A DNA stretch of 64,000 nt from Candidatus Zixiibacteriota bacterium (GCA_026983835.1 JALSTH010000033.1:1213-65212), one strand, 5' to 3'. Positions 1 through 10,264 are shown, counted from the first letter of the stretch. Program-made: numbers and translations. The notes: generated by a model not told the origin, from the letters alone.

Positions 1-875
1 ACCGCATTAATGTAAAGGGTATTACCATATATGATAAAAAAGACAGAGCCACGCCGCGAACGATTGTAGCCAAGAAAGGTAAGATTTACTTTATCGCCGG
101 TCAGACAACTTTGAAAATAGAGCTGGAGGATGGAGAGATACACGAGCAGGATAAAGATGACCCCAGCAAGTATCACCGCTTGAAATTTGAACACCAGACT
201 ATTTATATCCCCAACGCAGGTAGTAAATTAGTGCGCAGTGATTCGGAATATAGAGGTGATAGAGAACAGAATATCTCTATGATGAAAGCTGAAAATATCA
301 AAACCGAAAAAAAGATAGCCAAAGCTTATGATAATTTATTAACTAATATTCAGCAGACATTTAAGTTGATCTCCCCTTTGAAAAAAGTTCTCAAATCGAA
401 AATTAAACAACCGCGGGATATATCCTTTGCGGTTAGAACGGTATATAACGAGATTAAGAAAATAAGCAAACAGGCTCGATATGAAAAGCAGAATATCGAT
501 TCTTTTCGGCGTCGACATAACTCTATGTCTGTGGAGATACAAAAGAAATTTTCCATTCCGGTTGCCTGTATTGTTTTCGTTTTATTGGGGGGACCGTTGG
601 GAGTGATGGCACGGCGAGGGGGAATGGGAACCGGATTGGGTTTGAGTCTTTTGTTTTTTGTTTTATATTGGGCGTTCTTAATTGGCGGGGAGGAATTAGC
701 CGACAGGGAAATTATTTCGCCGTTTTTAGCGATGTGGAGCGCTAATATTATTTTGGGGACGACGGGGATTTATCTTTTAATAAGGTCGGTAAGGGAATCT
801 GCTTTCTTAAACATTGACCTTTCCCGATTGATGCCATTTTCCTCAAAATCGAAAAGTGGCGGGGAGGACAAATGA
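1..875 (+). CDS. LptF/LptG-family (YjgP/YjgQ) LPS export permease, 5'-truncated at the window edge. The reading frame is open from position 3.
   Basis: The C-terminal TM bundle (PVACIVFVLLGGPLGV...GLGLSLLFFVLYWAFLIGG...LAMWSANIILGTTGIYLL) follows a soluble beta-jellyroll-like region. There are no stops upstream of the listed ATG in the same frame. It overlaps the next paralog by 4 nt (ATGA). Confidence 0.7.
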   Translation, partial: RINVKGITIYDKKDRATPRTIVAKKGKIYFIAGQTTLKIELEDGEIHEQDKDDPSKYHRLKFEHQTIYIPNAGSKLVRSDSEYRGDREQNISMMKAENIKTEKKIAKAYDNLLTNIQQTFKLISPLKKVLKSKIKQPRDISFAVRTVYNEIKKISKQARYEKQNIDSFRRRHNSMSVEIQKKFSIPVACIVFVLLGGPLGVMARRGGMGTGLGLSLLFFVLYWAFLIGGEELADREIISPFLAMWSANIILGTTGIYLLIRSVRESAFLNIDLSRLMPFSSKSKSGGEDK

Positions 876-1960
876 GGATTTTAGACAGGTATATCGCTAA
901 ACGGTTTTTGATAACTGTTTGTTTCGCATTGATAACCTTTGTCCTCATATTCATCATCGTTGATTTAATAGAGAACCTCGATAAATTCATAGACCATAAA
1001 ACGGGTGCGATTGTAGTTGCGCGATATTATTTAAATTATATCCCGTTTATAGTTGTTTTAACGCTGCCGGTAGCGATGTTATTATCGACTCTGTTTTCTT
1101 TGGGGGTGTTAGCGAAAAATTTCGAATTGACGGCAATGAAAGCCAATGGAATATCATTATATAGGATTTTAGCTCCTTTATTCATTATCGGGTTAGTGGT
1201 GAGTGCATTGGTTTTTCTTGTGGGGGATGGTTTAGTTGCCGAAAGCAATAGGCGTAAATCCGATATAAAGGCGGAATATATCGATAAGAAACCGAAAAAG
1301 ATAAAAATGATAACCTCCGATCTTTTTGTGGAAGGAAAGAACGGGGCGATATATTATCTTAAAAACTATGACCCGAGCACTAAAATCGGCAAGGGAGTTT
1401 TAATTCAGAAAATAAAGGGAAATCGGATCGCCGAATCGATCGAAGCTGAAAAAATTAAATACATCGATGGATTATGGATTGCCGAAAATGGCGTAAAACG
1501 GGTATTTTATGGGGATACTACGGCTACACCGAATACCTACGAGAAATTCGACAAAATCGTATTGAGCGAATTCGGTGAACCTCCCGAAGCATTCGAGAAA
1601 CTAAAGGAATCCCCTGACAACCTAACATTCGGCGAATTGAAAAGATACATTCGCCTAAAGAGAAAAGCAGGCAAAGATACCGCAAAGGAAAGCGTGGAGC
1701 TGAACCTTAAAATATCGTTTCCGTTTATAAATTTTATCATTGTTTTATTGGGGGCTTCTTTGGCGTCAAATCCCAGACGGAGTGGGGCTGCGCTCGGCTT
1801 CGCTATTTCTTTGACAATAAGTTTTATCTATTTCACCATTATCCGCACCTGCCAGTCGTTGGGACAAAACCATAATTTATCCCCGATGTTAGCGGCTTGG
1901 CTGGGAAATATAATATTTTTCGTTATAGGCTCTGTTATGACATTCAAGGCTCACAAATAA
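872..1960 (+). CDS. LptG/LptF-family permease (YjgP/YjgQ)
   Basis: The N-terminus MRILDRYIAKRFL...IVDLIENLDKFID is the classic YjgP/YjgQ start. It has six predicted TM segments with a periplasmic insert, and sits in tandem with the preceding paralog. Confidence 0.75.
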   Translation: MRILDRYIAKRFLITVCFALITFVLIFIIVDLIENLDKFIDHKTGAIVVARYYLNYIPFIVVLTLPVAMLLSTLFSLGVLAKNFELTAMKANGISLYRILAPLFIIGLVVSALVFLVGDGLVAESNRRKSDIKAEYIDKKPKKIKMITSDLFVEGKNGAIYYLKNYDPSTKIGKGVLIQKIKGNRIAESIEAEKIKYIDGLWIAENGVKRVFYGDTTATPNTYEKFDKIVLSEFGEPPEAFEKLKESPDNLTFGELKRYIRLKRKAGKDTAKESVELNLKISFPFINFIIVLLGASLASNPRRSGAALGFAISLTISFIYFTIIRTCQSLGQNHNLSPMLAAWLGNIIFFVIGSVMTFKAHK

Positions 1961-1974
1961 ATTTTTTCTTCGCT

Positions 1975-2010
1975 GTTAAAATAAAAACGGGCTCCACCGT
2001 GGAACCCGCT
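1975..2010 (-). terminator. Intrinsic terminator for the sigma-factor gene. It sits in the convergent gap and may act bidirectionally.
   Basis: Hairpin cgggctcc-accgt-ggaacccg (7/8 bp) at 1988..2008. On the minus strand it is followed by a UUUUUAUUUU tract. Confidence 0.45.
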
Positions 2011-2035
2011 TACAACATAAGTCGTTTTCTAATTT

Positions 2036-2890
2036 TTAGTTCAAATAAGCCCGTAATGTTTTGCTTCGGGATGTATGCCGCAGTCGTTTTATCGCCTTTT
2101 CTTTAATCTGGCGCACTCTTTCGCGGGTCAATCCGAAACGAGCTCCTATTTCCTCCAAAGTTAAGGCTTTTTCGTGCTTTAATCCGAAGTAGAGGTTTAT
2201 TACTTCCGCTTCACGAGGGGTAAGGGAATTTAATGCTCTGCCTATTTCTAATTTCAACGACTCGGACATAAGGTCTTCATCCGGAGACGGTTGAAATTCA
2301 TCCTCTAAAACATCCATCAAACTGTTATCCTCGGATGCTGAAAAGGGTGCATCAAGGGATAAATGCGAATTGGATATTTTTAAGGTGTTCGAGACCTCTG
2401 ATTCGGATACTTCGAGTTCTTTCGCTATTTCTTCCGGTGATGGCTCTCGCCCGTATTCCTGCTCCAAAGAGGAGCTTATCTTACCGATTTTATGCAAAGT
2501 CCCAACCCTATTGAGAGGGAGACGAACGATGCGGGATTGTTCGGCTAATGCTTGGAGTATCGCTTGGCGAATCCACCATACCGCATAGGATATAAACTTG
2601 AAGCCCCGGGTTTCATCAAAGCGCTTTGCCGCCTTGATTAGCCCGATGTTTCCCTCGTTGATGAGATCGGCTAATGACAGCCCCTGATTTTGATATTGTT
2701 TAGCCACTGAGACTACGAAGCGAAGATTGGCTTTTGTTAGTTTTTCAAGGGCTTCATGATCGCCCTTCCTTATCAGTTTTGCCAACCTTACTTCCTCCTC
2801 CGGCGCAATTAGAGGAGTCTCCCCTATCTCTCGGAGATAGAGGTCCAAGGACCGATCCTCATCTCGATACCTTCTTATCTGACGAGCCAA
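2036..2890 (-). CDS. rpoD: RNA polymerase sigma factor of the sigma-70 family. It is a short primary-type RpoD as found in Bacteroidota.
   Basis: Regions 2-4 are present: [47 protein letters not shown], and a C-terminal HTH ([28 protein letters not shown]). Confidence 0.85.
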   Translation of the reverse strand: MARQIRRYRDEDRSLDLYLREIGETPLIAPEEEVRLAKLIRKGDHEALEKLTKANLRFVVSVAKQYQNQGLSLADLINEGNIGLIKAAKRFDETRGFKFISYAVWWIRQAILQALAEQSRIVRLPLNRVGTLHKIGKISSSLEQEYGREPSPEEIAKELEVSESEVSNTLKISNSHLSLDAPFSASEDNSLMDVLEDEFQPSPDEDLMSESLKLEIGRALNSLTPREAEVINLYFGLKHEKALTLEEIGARFGLTRERVRQIKEKAIKRLRHTSRSKTLRAYLN

Positions 2891-3024
2891 CTACTATCAC
2901 GCTCCTTTTGTTGAAGGGTTATACTACAACCGATTAATTGATCACATTAGATTTAATCGGCTGTTATATGCCGTAATGTATAATTAACGGTATTAATCTG
3001 CTACCGAATTCAATTTTATCTCTA

Positions 3025-4566
3025 TTAGCTGTTTACCGGTTTAATGGCGACATATCGGCTGGTTTTGCCCTGTTTGATATAAAATAATATCGCCTTTTTA
3101 CGGTTGGAGAGCTTTTCCGCAACTTTGTTGAAATCATCGACACTTTTTATTGTGAGGCCATCTATCTCCAAAATCAAGTCGTATTTTCGTATGCCGTCCC
3201 TATCGGCCGGACTTCCGATTTCTACATCGTTCACCATTACGCAAGGTTGAAAGTCTATCCCTAATTCCTCCGCTTTAGCTTTGGTAAATGTCTCCACCTT
3301 TAAGCCCAACCAAAATTTTGCTTCCTGATTTTGTTTTACTTTATTCCCGCTTGTTAAAAACTCACTACGATCACCTAAAATCACTTTTATCTTCTTCTTT
3401 TTTCCATCCCGAATGATTTCCATATTTACAGGCGTATTTGGCGAATTCTCCGCTATCAGGAAACGGAATTGTTTCACATTCTTAATCTTTTTGTCACCGA
3501 ACTTCACGATAACATCCCCAGCCTTCAAACCGGCATTATCCGCGGGGGTATTGGGAATTACCTCCCCGATTAGAACTCCTTCGGTCGAAGATAAACCTAA
3601 CGCTTCCGCCAAATCCTTATCAACCTTCTGAGGGCTTACACCCAACCAGCCCCTCGATACGGAGCCATTCGTTTTCAACTGTTCTATAACCGGTTTTGCC
3701 AAATTAATCGGTATGGCAAATCCGATACCGACGCTGCCGCCGGTATTTGAGGCGATTGCGGAGTTAATACCTATTACCTCACCCTCAATATTAACCAACG
3801 GTCCCCCGGAATTACCTTTGTTAATGGACGCATCGGTTTGAATATAATCCTGATAACTTACGGTCGCATCCGAAAAATTCAAACCCTGCCTGCCGGTAGC
3901 GGATATAACACCCACCGTCACCGTCCTATCCAAGCCAAGTTGTGGAAACGGATTCCCGATAGCTATCGCCCAATCGCCGACAAGGATACTATCTGAATCC
4001 CCCAGCCTCGCTACCGTAAGATCGGTATCGGGATCTATCTTTAATACGGCGATATCAGTTTCAGGATCGGTCCCAACCAATTTCGCCGGGTATTCCGAAG
4101 CGTTCGAGAGCCGAACAAAAATCTTGTCCGCCCCTTTTACCACATGGTTGTTGGTAACAATATATCCGTCCTTATCAATTATAAAACCGGACCCCAAAGA
4201 TTCGATTCTTCGCTTTTGAGGGACTATGCCGTTGTTATTGGGGATACCAAAAAAGCGACGAAAAAAATCATCATTGGGTAAAAAATTGTGATACCCGGGC
4301 GTCTCCGTAATTGATTCCGCGGAGATGTTCACTACGGCGTCTTTAACATTTGAAGCCACCGCCACAAAAGGACTATGTCCTGAAGGGGAAACTGGTAAGA
4401 CCATATTGCCCACGGGAACATTTGCCATTATCGCTTTCGGTTGTTCCGCTGTGGTGCTACTCGGGAGCGATAAGCCCGAAGCTATCAAAATCCCGATAAT
4501 TATAAAAAATATCGAGGATAGGATATAGATTAATAACCCTCTTTTATAATTATACTCTTTTTCCAT
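3025..4566 (-). CDS. htrA: Periplasmic serine endoprotease HtrA/DegP/DegQ with two PDZ domains
   Basis: Signal/TM anchor, a trypsin-like domain with the catalytic motifs TNNHVV and GNSGGPL, and two C-terminal PDZ domains. Confidence 0.9.
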   Translation of the reverse strand: MEKEYNYKRGLLIYILSSIFFIIIGILIASGLSLPSSTTAEQPKAIMANVPVGNMVLPVSPSGHSPFVAVASNVKDAVVNISAESITETPGYHNFLPNDDFFRRFFGIPNNNGIVPQKRRIESLGSGFIIDKDGYIVTNNHVVKGADKIFVRLSNASEYPAKLVGTDPETDIAVLKIDPDTDLTVARLGDSDSILVGDWAIAIGNPFPQLGLDRTVTVGVISATGRQGLNFSDATVSYQDYIQTDASINKGNSGGPLVNIEGEVIGINSAIASNTGGSVGIGFAIPINLAKPVIEQLKTNGSVSRGWLGVSPQKVDKDLAEALGLSSTEGVLIGEVIPNTPADNAGLKAGDVIVKFGDKKIKNVKQFRFLIAENSPNTPVNMEIIRDGKKKKIKVILGDRSEFLTSGNKVKQNQEAKFWLGLKVETFTKAKAEELGIDFQPCVMVNDVEIGSPADRDGIRKYDLILEIDGLTIKSVDDFNKVAEKLSNRKKAILFYIKQGKTSRYVAIKPVNS

Positions 4567-4865
4567 TGATTACACCTCCGGATATCTCAAAAAGCGAAAA
4601 TCGGTAAGTTTAAGCATATTTTCAATTTTGTCAACCTTTTTTTCGAATTATACGCAATATTAACATTACTGTTCCCCATTAACTATTATAGAGGCAACAA
4701 ATAAACCTCCTATTATGTTCCCAGTATTATTGATAGTTATCATTCTTTTCGAATATCCAATAATCAAACTGGGGGGCACCGATTAAATAAACAAATCATA
4801 AGAGTCAATTTACAATCGAATCTGTCGATAACCCAATTAAGCGTAGCGAATTAAACAAAAGAACG

Positions 4866-5567
4866 ATGGTTGAAAAATTAGCGGAGACCGCTTCGGAATC
4901 AGCTGTAACGATAAGCAAAAAGCCTGTTAATAAATTAATTGAAGCGGTCAAGTTTATATTGATATTATTTATCCTCCTTTGGGGGGTTAATACTCTGCTT
5001 ATTCAGGATTTTCGTCTTGTCGATGGGAGTATGCTGACGACAATTCTGCCCGGAGATATACTCTTGGTCAATAAAATCCCCAATATCTATTCACGAATCA
5101 ACCCAAATGAAGTTGTGTTGATAAAACATCCCCTGAAAATTAATACGAATGTTATTAGGAGGGCCATTGCTATCGAGGGGGAGACGGTGGAGATAATCAA
5201 TAAAGTTGTATATATAGATTCCAAACCTTTGGAGAATGTGGAAGGGGTTGTATTTAAGGATAAAGAAGTCCGCTCCGGCGCCGTCTCCAATCGGGATAAT
5301 TATGGGCCGTTTCAAGTGCCATCGGGGATGTTGTTTGTTCTTGCGGATAATCGCGATGAGTATCAGGATAGCCGAAATTGGGGATTTATTCCGAAATCAT
5401 CAGTTATCGGGAAACCGATGTTTGTCCTATTCTCTTGGAAATCGGCTCCAAATGCTCCAGAAATCAAAAGCCCCTATATCACTTCGTTGATTAAATCCGC
5501 CTTTTATAATCTCACTCATTTATCACAACGATTAAACTTCAGCCGTATCGGTGTAAAAGTAAATTAA
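4866..5567 (+). CDS. lepB: Signal peptidase I
   Basis: N-terminal TM segment, an S26 catalytic Ser region (VDGSMLTTILPGDILLV) and the conserved box GMLFVLADNRDEYQDSRNWGFIP. Confidence 0.85.
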   Translation: MVEKLAETASESAVTISKKPVNKLIEAVKFILILFILLWGVNTLLIQDFRLVDGSMLTTILPGDILLVNKIPNIYSRINPNEVVLIKHPLKINTNVIRRAIAIEGETVEIINKVVYIDSKPLENVEGVVFKDKEVRSGAVSNRDNYGPFQVPSGMLFVLADNRDEYQDSRNWGFIPKSSVIGKPMFVLFSWKSAPNAPEIKSPYITSLIKSAFYNLTHLSQRLNFSRIGVKVN

Positions 5568-5925
5568 AATACGGATATCGCTTCTTCTCCCATCGATATA
5601 CATTTTAACTGTGCCTCTTTGAGTGTGCATCGATATTCCACCTTCCGACCTAATGAGCAATATTTTGCATCCCCTACAAACGCTTACGCAAGATAAGGGC
5701 CACTTCGGTCAGAAACTTGAAAAGCAATATTTGTTTGTGGTGTGCTAATCCCTATGGGAGACAACGGGTTGCGGGTGCGGTGTTGTGGATTCTCCCTTTG
5801 GCTTGCTCTCGTTTTGGTGTTAAATTATTCTCTTTCTTTGGCAATCCTGTTGCGTAAATAGCAATCGAATTGAAGTTAGGTGTCCACAATCGGACAGCTG
5901 AACAATAAAAGCCAAAGGGGGGAAG

Positions 5926-6849
5926 ATGAAAACTACCCAAGAAATAAAAACTCAAAATATCAACAGCGGCGCAATTGTAGAAATAAAAAGCGCTCCGCCG
6001 ATTGAATTAAATGGTTTGCCCACTATTAGCGGAGTTTTAAACTATTTCTATATTTCGATACATCATCTTTTCAGCGAATATATCCTTTCAAGCCTTATAC
6101 TACTGACTTCCATAATTTATTTCGCAGCCTTAGGCGAGAGGATTAAATATCTCTTTTCAAGGATATTAGAAAAGAGGATTTTCTCGATCTCCATTAAACG
6201 CATAATCGACATTATTGGAGCCTCTGTCGGATTGATATTGACCTTTCCGGTATTTATGGTTTTGCCCATCTTAATTAAATTAGATTCCCCCGGACCGGTA
6301 TTCTTTCGCCAATTGAGGGTTGGGGTCAATCGCCGTAGAAAGGAAAGGCGAAAGGTCGGCGCAGATATTCCGATGAATCAGCGCAGAAATGATAGACGGA
6401 ATTGTAATATATATGGAAAGCCTTTTACTATTTATAAATTCAGGACTATGCGTCAGGATGCCGAAAAACTATCGGGTCCCGTATGGGCAAGCAAAGACGA
6501 TCCGCGAATCACGAAGCTGGGGAAATTCCTGCGTGTTTCCCGTTTGGATGAAATTCCTCAACTATTCAATGTTTTAAGGGGTGATATGAGTTTGGTCGGT
6601 CCCCGTCCGGAAAGACCTTATTTCGTGGAGAAGCTTATAACCGAGATAGATTGCTATCCCGAGCGATTGAAAGTTAAACCGGGAATAACCGGATTGGCAC
6701 AGGTCGAACATCATTACGATCAATGTATCGAGGATGTTCGCAAGAAAGTCAGCTACGATTTGGAATATATTCGACGCTGGAATATAATTAGGGATATCAA
6801 GATTATGTTCAAAACGATTATTGTAATGGCATTGGGGAAAGGGGTTTAA
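5926..6849 (+). CDS. Polyprenyl-phosphate sugar-1-phosphate transferase (WbaP/PglC-like bacterial sugar transferase). It carries an Arg-rich insertion.
   Basis: PF02397-type motifs: RIIDIIGASVGLI, PGPVFFRQLRVG, YKFRTM, DEIPQLFNVLRGDMSLVGPRP, KPGITGLAQV. A roughly 25-aa insert (VNRRRKERRKVGADIPMNQRRNDRRNC) sits between the FRQxRxG and KFRTM boxes. Confidence 0.8.
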   Translation: MKTTQEIKTQNINSGAIVEIKSAPPIELNGLPTISGVLNYFYISIHHLFSEYILSSLILLTSIIYFAALGERIKYLFSRILEKRIFSISIKRIIDIIGASVGLILTFPVFMVLPILIKLDSPGPVFFRQLRVGVNRRRKERRKVGADIPMNQRRNDRRNCNIYGKPFTIYKFRTMRQDAEKLSGPVWASKDDPRITKLGKFLRVSRLDEIPQLFNVLRGDMSLVGPRPERPYFVEKLITEIDCYPERLKVKPGITGLAQVEHHYDQCIEDVRKKVSYDLEYIRRWNIIRDIKIMFKTIIVMALGKGV

Positions 6850-7904
6850 TTAAGGGGCGATAGTCCGGGAAAGGGATTCCTTCCATCGTATAAATTCGGC
6901 TTGCAAATGTAATAGCTCAATACTTGGAGTATTTGATTTGCTGGGGTGGGATTTAATTTCAATTCCCATTCGGCATAAAACAGCAGTGAAAATATCTTTT
7001 CCAACTCCGATTTTTTAAATCCATTGGCATAAATTATATAGTCCCTGAATTTGCGGCCTCCTACCCGTCGGCGAAAAAAATCCTCGATACTGGAGCTTTT
7101 GGGAAGTGATATCCCCGAATAGAGGGTATTTATCATATAGCCGACCCCCAAAATTATTCTGTGGGGATTTTCGGTCAACAGCATATCGCCTCCCGCTAAA
7201 GCTACCGCTTTGGAGATGTTCCGCCTTCCCAAAGCATCCAAATAAAATTCAAACAATTTCCCCGATCCTGCGCCGGCAAACCGTGAGATAAAATCCGGCG
7301 TTACACTTGCGCCCTTGCCCAAAACCAAAGACAACTTTTGGACTTCATTATGCAGGGAATAAAGATCCGGTCCTACGATGTTTATCAAATCCCTTACCGC
7401 TCCGTTGGAAGCTTTTAGCCCAAATTCCCTGAAAAATCCATTTACGAATTGCGGTATCTTGCTTGGGAACGGTGCTCCCAAATCCAAGAAAACCCCAACC
7501 TCCGAAGCAACTTTGAATAAGTTAATAATCGAGCTGATTTTATCGAAAATGATTATCAGAGTGGTATGATCCGGGATTCTCGGGAGGTATGAAGCGAGGA
7601 TTTTTTTCCCTTTTGGGGAAAGACGGTTTGCGTGGGTCAAGCGGATAACTCTGCGACCGGGACCGAAGGGGTAGGAATCGCAAGCTGAAATCAGCTCCCC
7701 GATCTCGATTTCGGAGGGGGAATAGCAGGCGTAATTGAAATCCCTTGTGGCGGGATCAACCAATTTCTCCAATAACAGCTTTTGAACCTTGAATTTGAGA
7801 AATTCATCATCCCCCCCGATGAGATAGACCGGTTTAGGTTTTTGGGGATTGAACCCGCTTATGAACTGCTCGTAATATGTCCGCTTAAATTTTGTTGAAA
7901 CCAT
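6846..7904 (-). CDS. holA: DNA polymerase III delta subunit
   Basis: The N-terminus PVYLIGGDDEFL...ELISACDSYPFGPGRRVIRL matches the delta N-terminal domain, and the length is right. It converges on the sugar transferase with a 4-nt overlap. Confidence 0.7.
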   Translation of the reverse strand: MVSTKFKRTYYEQFISGFNPQKPKPVYLIGGDDEFLKFKVQKLLLEKLVDPATRDFNYACYSPSEIEIGELISACDSYPFGPGRRVIRLTHANRLSPKGKKILASYLPRIPDHTTLIIIFDKISSIINLFKVASEVGVFLDLGAPFPSKIPQFVNGFFREFGLKASNGAVRDLINIVGPDLYSLHNEVQKLSLVLGKGASVTPDFISRFAGAGSGKLFEFYLDALGRRNISKAVALAGGDMLLTENPHRIILGVGYMINTLYSGISLPKSSSIEDFFRRRVGGRKFRDYIIYANGFKKSELEKIFSLLFYAEWELKLNPTPANQILQVLSYYICKPNLYDGRNPFPGLSPLN

Positions 7905-7977
7905 TTAATTTTTTGATTTTTATAACCGGTGATAGTTTTTTATCAAGGAGCATCATCTCCATACCCAAGTTTCCTCC

Positions 7978-8970
7978 TTAACTTGATACCTCCTTTGAGA
8001 ATATGGATAAATCATCAGCGACTTCTAATTTCCAGATATTCCTGCTTTTTATCTCCGCTGAGGAATTCCTTTCCCAAAACACACCATCGAAATATCCTTG
8101 AATAAAAGTATCCTTTTCCGCCATCATTAATCTTTTAACGGCATAAAGGCAATACTCTTTATCTATCTCTATCATAACGAATTTTCTTTTCAATTTCTTT
8201 GCTACCACTCCAGCAGTGCCCACTCCTGCAAATGGATCGAAAACAATGTCCCCCTCGTTTGAGCTTGCAAGAATGATTTTAGCAAGGAGTTTTTCCGGTT
8301 TTTGTGTTGGGTGAGGAGTATTTTCCGCCATCGACCAAAAGGGGATCGTGATATCTGTCCATATATTGGACGGATAGGTCAATCTATATTTTCCGCCTTC
8401 CTCCTCCTCCCAATCTTTTGGCATTCCGTTTTCCCGATAAGGGGCTATTACCCTTCTTTTTAATTTTACTGCTTCTGCGTTGAATGTAAATTTGTTGGAA
8501 ACCGTGCAAAACCATATATCCTCGGAATTGTTTTTCCAATTCTTTTTCGATCCTCTGCCTTTCTCCCTTTCAAATGTTATCCTGTTTTGAATTATGAAAT
8601 ATTTCTCGCAAAGTTGATAAATGGCAGGAGAGGACCGCCAATCCCCACAAATATAAATTGAAGCCGTAGCTTTTAATAACCTTATAATTTTGGAAAGCCA
8701 GGAATCCATCCAATTCAGGTATTGCTGTAATGATTTTTGCTTAAAAGAATTGTTATTGAAAACTTTTGTTAAATTATATGGCGGGTCAATGAATAAAAGA
8801 TCGACAAAATTGGAAGGCAGAGAACCTATTATTTTAAGTATATCATCATTGATTATCTTATTCAATATCTTCTCGATGGCGGTATGATTGTTTATTTTCA
8901 ATAACTTATGGCGATAATTTTCTTTTTCCTCATCGGATAATGTTATTGTTCGGTTCCGCGAACCCATCAT
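7978..8970 (-). CDS. Beta-class DNA methyltransferase (N6-adenine or N4-cytosine), apparently orphan
   Basis: Motif IV (LLFIDPPYNL) precedes motif I (VFDPFAGVGTAGVVA), which is the beta-class order. A C-terminal extension of about 45 aa follows. No endonuclease gene is adjacent. Confidence 0.85.
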   Translation of the reverse strand: MMGSRNRTITLSDEEKENYRHKLLKINNHTAIEKILNKIINDDILKIIGSLPSNFVDLLFIDPPYNLTKVFNNNSFKQKSLQQYLNWMDSWLSKIIRLLKATASIYICGDWRSSPAIYQLCEKYFIIQNRITFEREKGRGSKKNWKNNSEDIWFCTVSNKFTFNAEAVKLKRRVIAPYRENGMPKDWEEEEGGKYRLTYPSNIWTDITIPFWSMAENTPHPTQKPEKLLAKIILASSNEGDIVFDPFAGVGTAGVVAKKLKRKFVMIEIDKEYCLYAVKRLMMAEKDTFIQGYFDGVFWERNSSAEIKSRNIWKLEVADDLSIFSKEVSS

Positions 8971-9022
8971 CCAATCCCTTATTTTAAATCCATTCCGATA
9001 TATGAAATATTATCGCTCAATG

Positions 9023-10264
9023 TTATTTCCCTTTTGATTTTTCCACGCCCGGCAGGGAATTCCATCTTTTCATCCGTTCCCGAAATTTCTCCCGATCCGC
9101 CATAACCATACTCTTGGCACGGACCAAAATTTCCTCCCCTTCCCGTAAACCGGATTTAATCTCGGTAAATTCGTAATTCGATATTCCGATCTCCACAGGC
9201 ACAGGGTTTGGGATGTTATTTTTCATTACGAAGACTATCTTTTGGGAAACCCCCTTGCGGGATTTATTGCGCATTTTTCCCCCTTGCGATTTCCCTTGAA
9301 GTTCGTTTTTATCCATAACCGCTTCCCGCGGGACCATCAAGACATCAAGGGCTTCGCCGCAGGTTATATCGCAGGTGGCATTCATCCCCGCTTTGAGGAC
9401 ACCTCCCGAATTGTCAACTTCGGTGGTAACCTTGAAATAAGTGACATTTTGCTCGACCTCCCCCAACGGCGATATCTTTATTATCCCGCCATAGAATTTT
9501 TCGCCTGGGAAAGCATCAGCCTCGACACTGCATTTCTGCCCCACGGCGACTTTGCCGATATCGGTTTCATCCACATCGACCTGAACATAAACAGTGTCCA
9601 TCACCGCCACTCTGACGATTGATGTCCCGCCGCTGACATTGGATATACCCGAAGCGATAATCTGCCCTTCGTCCACATATCTTTTCAAAATAATGCCGTT
9701 TATCGGGGATTTTATGGTAGTATCGTCGAGTCGTTCTTTTGCCGATGATAATGCCGCTTGCGACCTGATTAGTTGGGCTTCGGCGGTTTCCTTCTTGAGC
9801 AAGGCATTATCGTAATCAGCTTCGGAGATTAGATTATTATCGTAAAGCTCTTTTTGTCTTTTGAGCTCTTTTTTCGCTTGATCGGCGGTGACCTCCGCCA
9901 CCCTCAAATCGGCTTCGGCCTGCCGATAATCATTCAGCACCGTGGTTTTATCCAAGATACATATCAAATCCCCTTCTTTTACTTTATCGCCTTCGTCCAC
10001 ATTTATTTTGAGGATTTGCCCCGAGGCTTTGGATTTTACCTCGATCACTTGCTTCGGTTCGATTGTTCCCACTGCGGACACAGTTACCAAAAGATCGCCC
10101 CGCCGAACTTTTTCGGTCCTTTCCAGCGGATTGCTTTTAGGTTGCTCTTTGGCGTTTTTGGGGTAGGCGAGGTAAACAGCTGCGGCTATGATAATTAATA
10201 TTACAATCCAAATCGCTTTTTTCATTTTGCTAATTATTATAATGAATCTCAATCGAATTGTCAA
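9023..10264 (-). CDS. HlyD/MacA-family periplasmic membrane-fusion (efflux adaptor) protein
   Basis: N-terminal TM anchor, a coiled-coil hairpin (RQAEADLRVAEVTADQAKKELKRQKELYD...), and lipoyl and beta-barrel domains typical of RND/ABC efflux adaptors. Confidence 0.8.
   Translation of the reverse strand: MTIRLRFIIIISKMKKAIWIVILIIIAAAVYLAYPKNAKEQPKSNPLERTEKVRRGDLLVTVSAVGTIEPKQVIEVKSKASGQILKINVDEGDKVKEGDLICILDKTTVLNDYRQAEADLRVAEVTADQAKKELKRQKELYDNNLISEADYDNALLKKETAEAQLIRSQAALSSAKERLDDTTIKSPINGIILKRYVDEGQIIASGISNVSGGTSIVRVAVMDTVYVQVDVDETDIGKVAVGQKCSVEADAFPGEKFYGGIIKISPLGEVEQNVTYFKVTTEVDNSGGVLKAGMNATCDITCGEALDVLMVPREAVMDKNELQGKSQGGKMRNKSRKGVSQKIVFVMKNNIPNPVPVEIGISNYEFTEIKSGLREGEEILVRAKSMVMADREKFRERMKRWNSLPGVEKSKGK

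Noticed and set aside
9242-10198. Several plus-strand ORFs of 73-126 aa inside the HlyD gene (9242..9622, 9594..9815, 9854..10198, 9942..10166)
   Set aside because: They are antisense shadow frames of a well-supported CDS, with no family resemblance and low-complexity translations.
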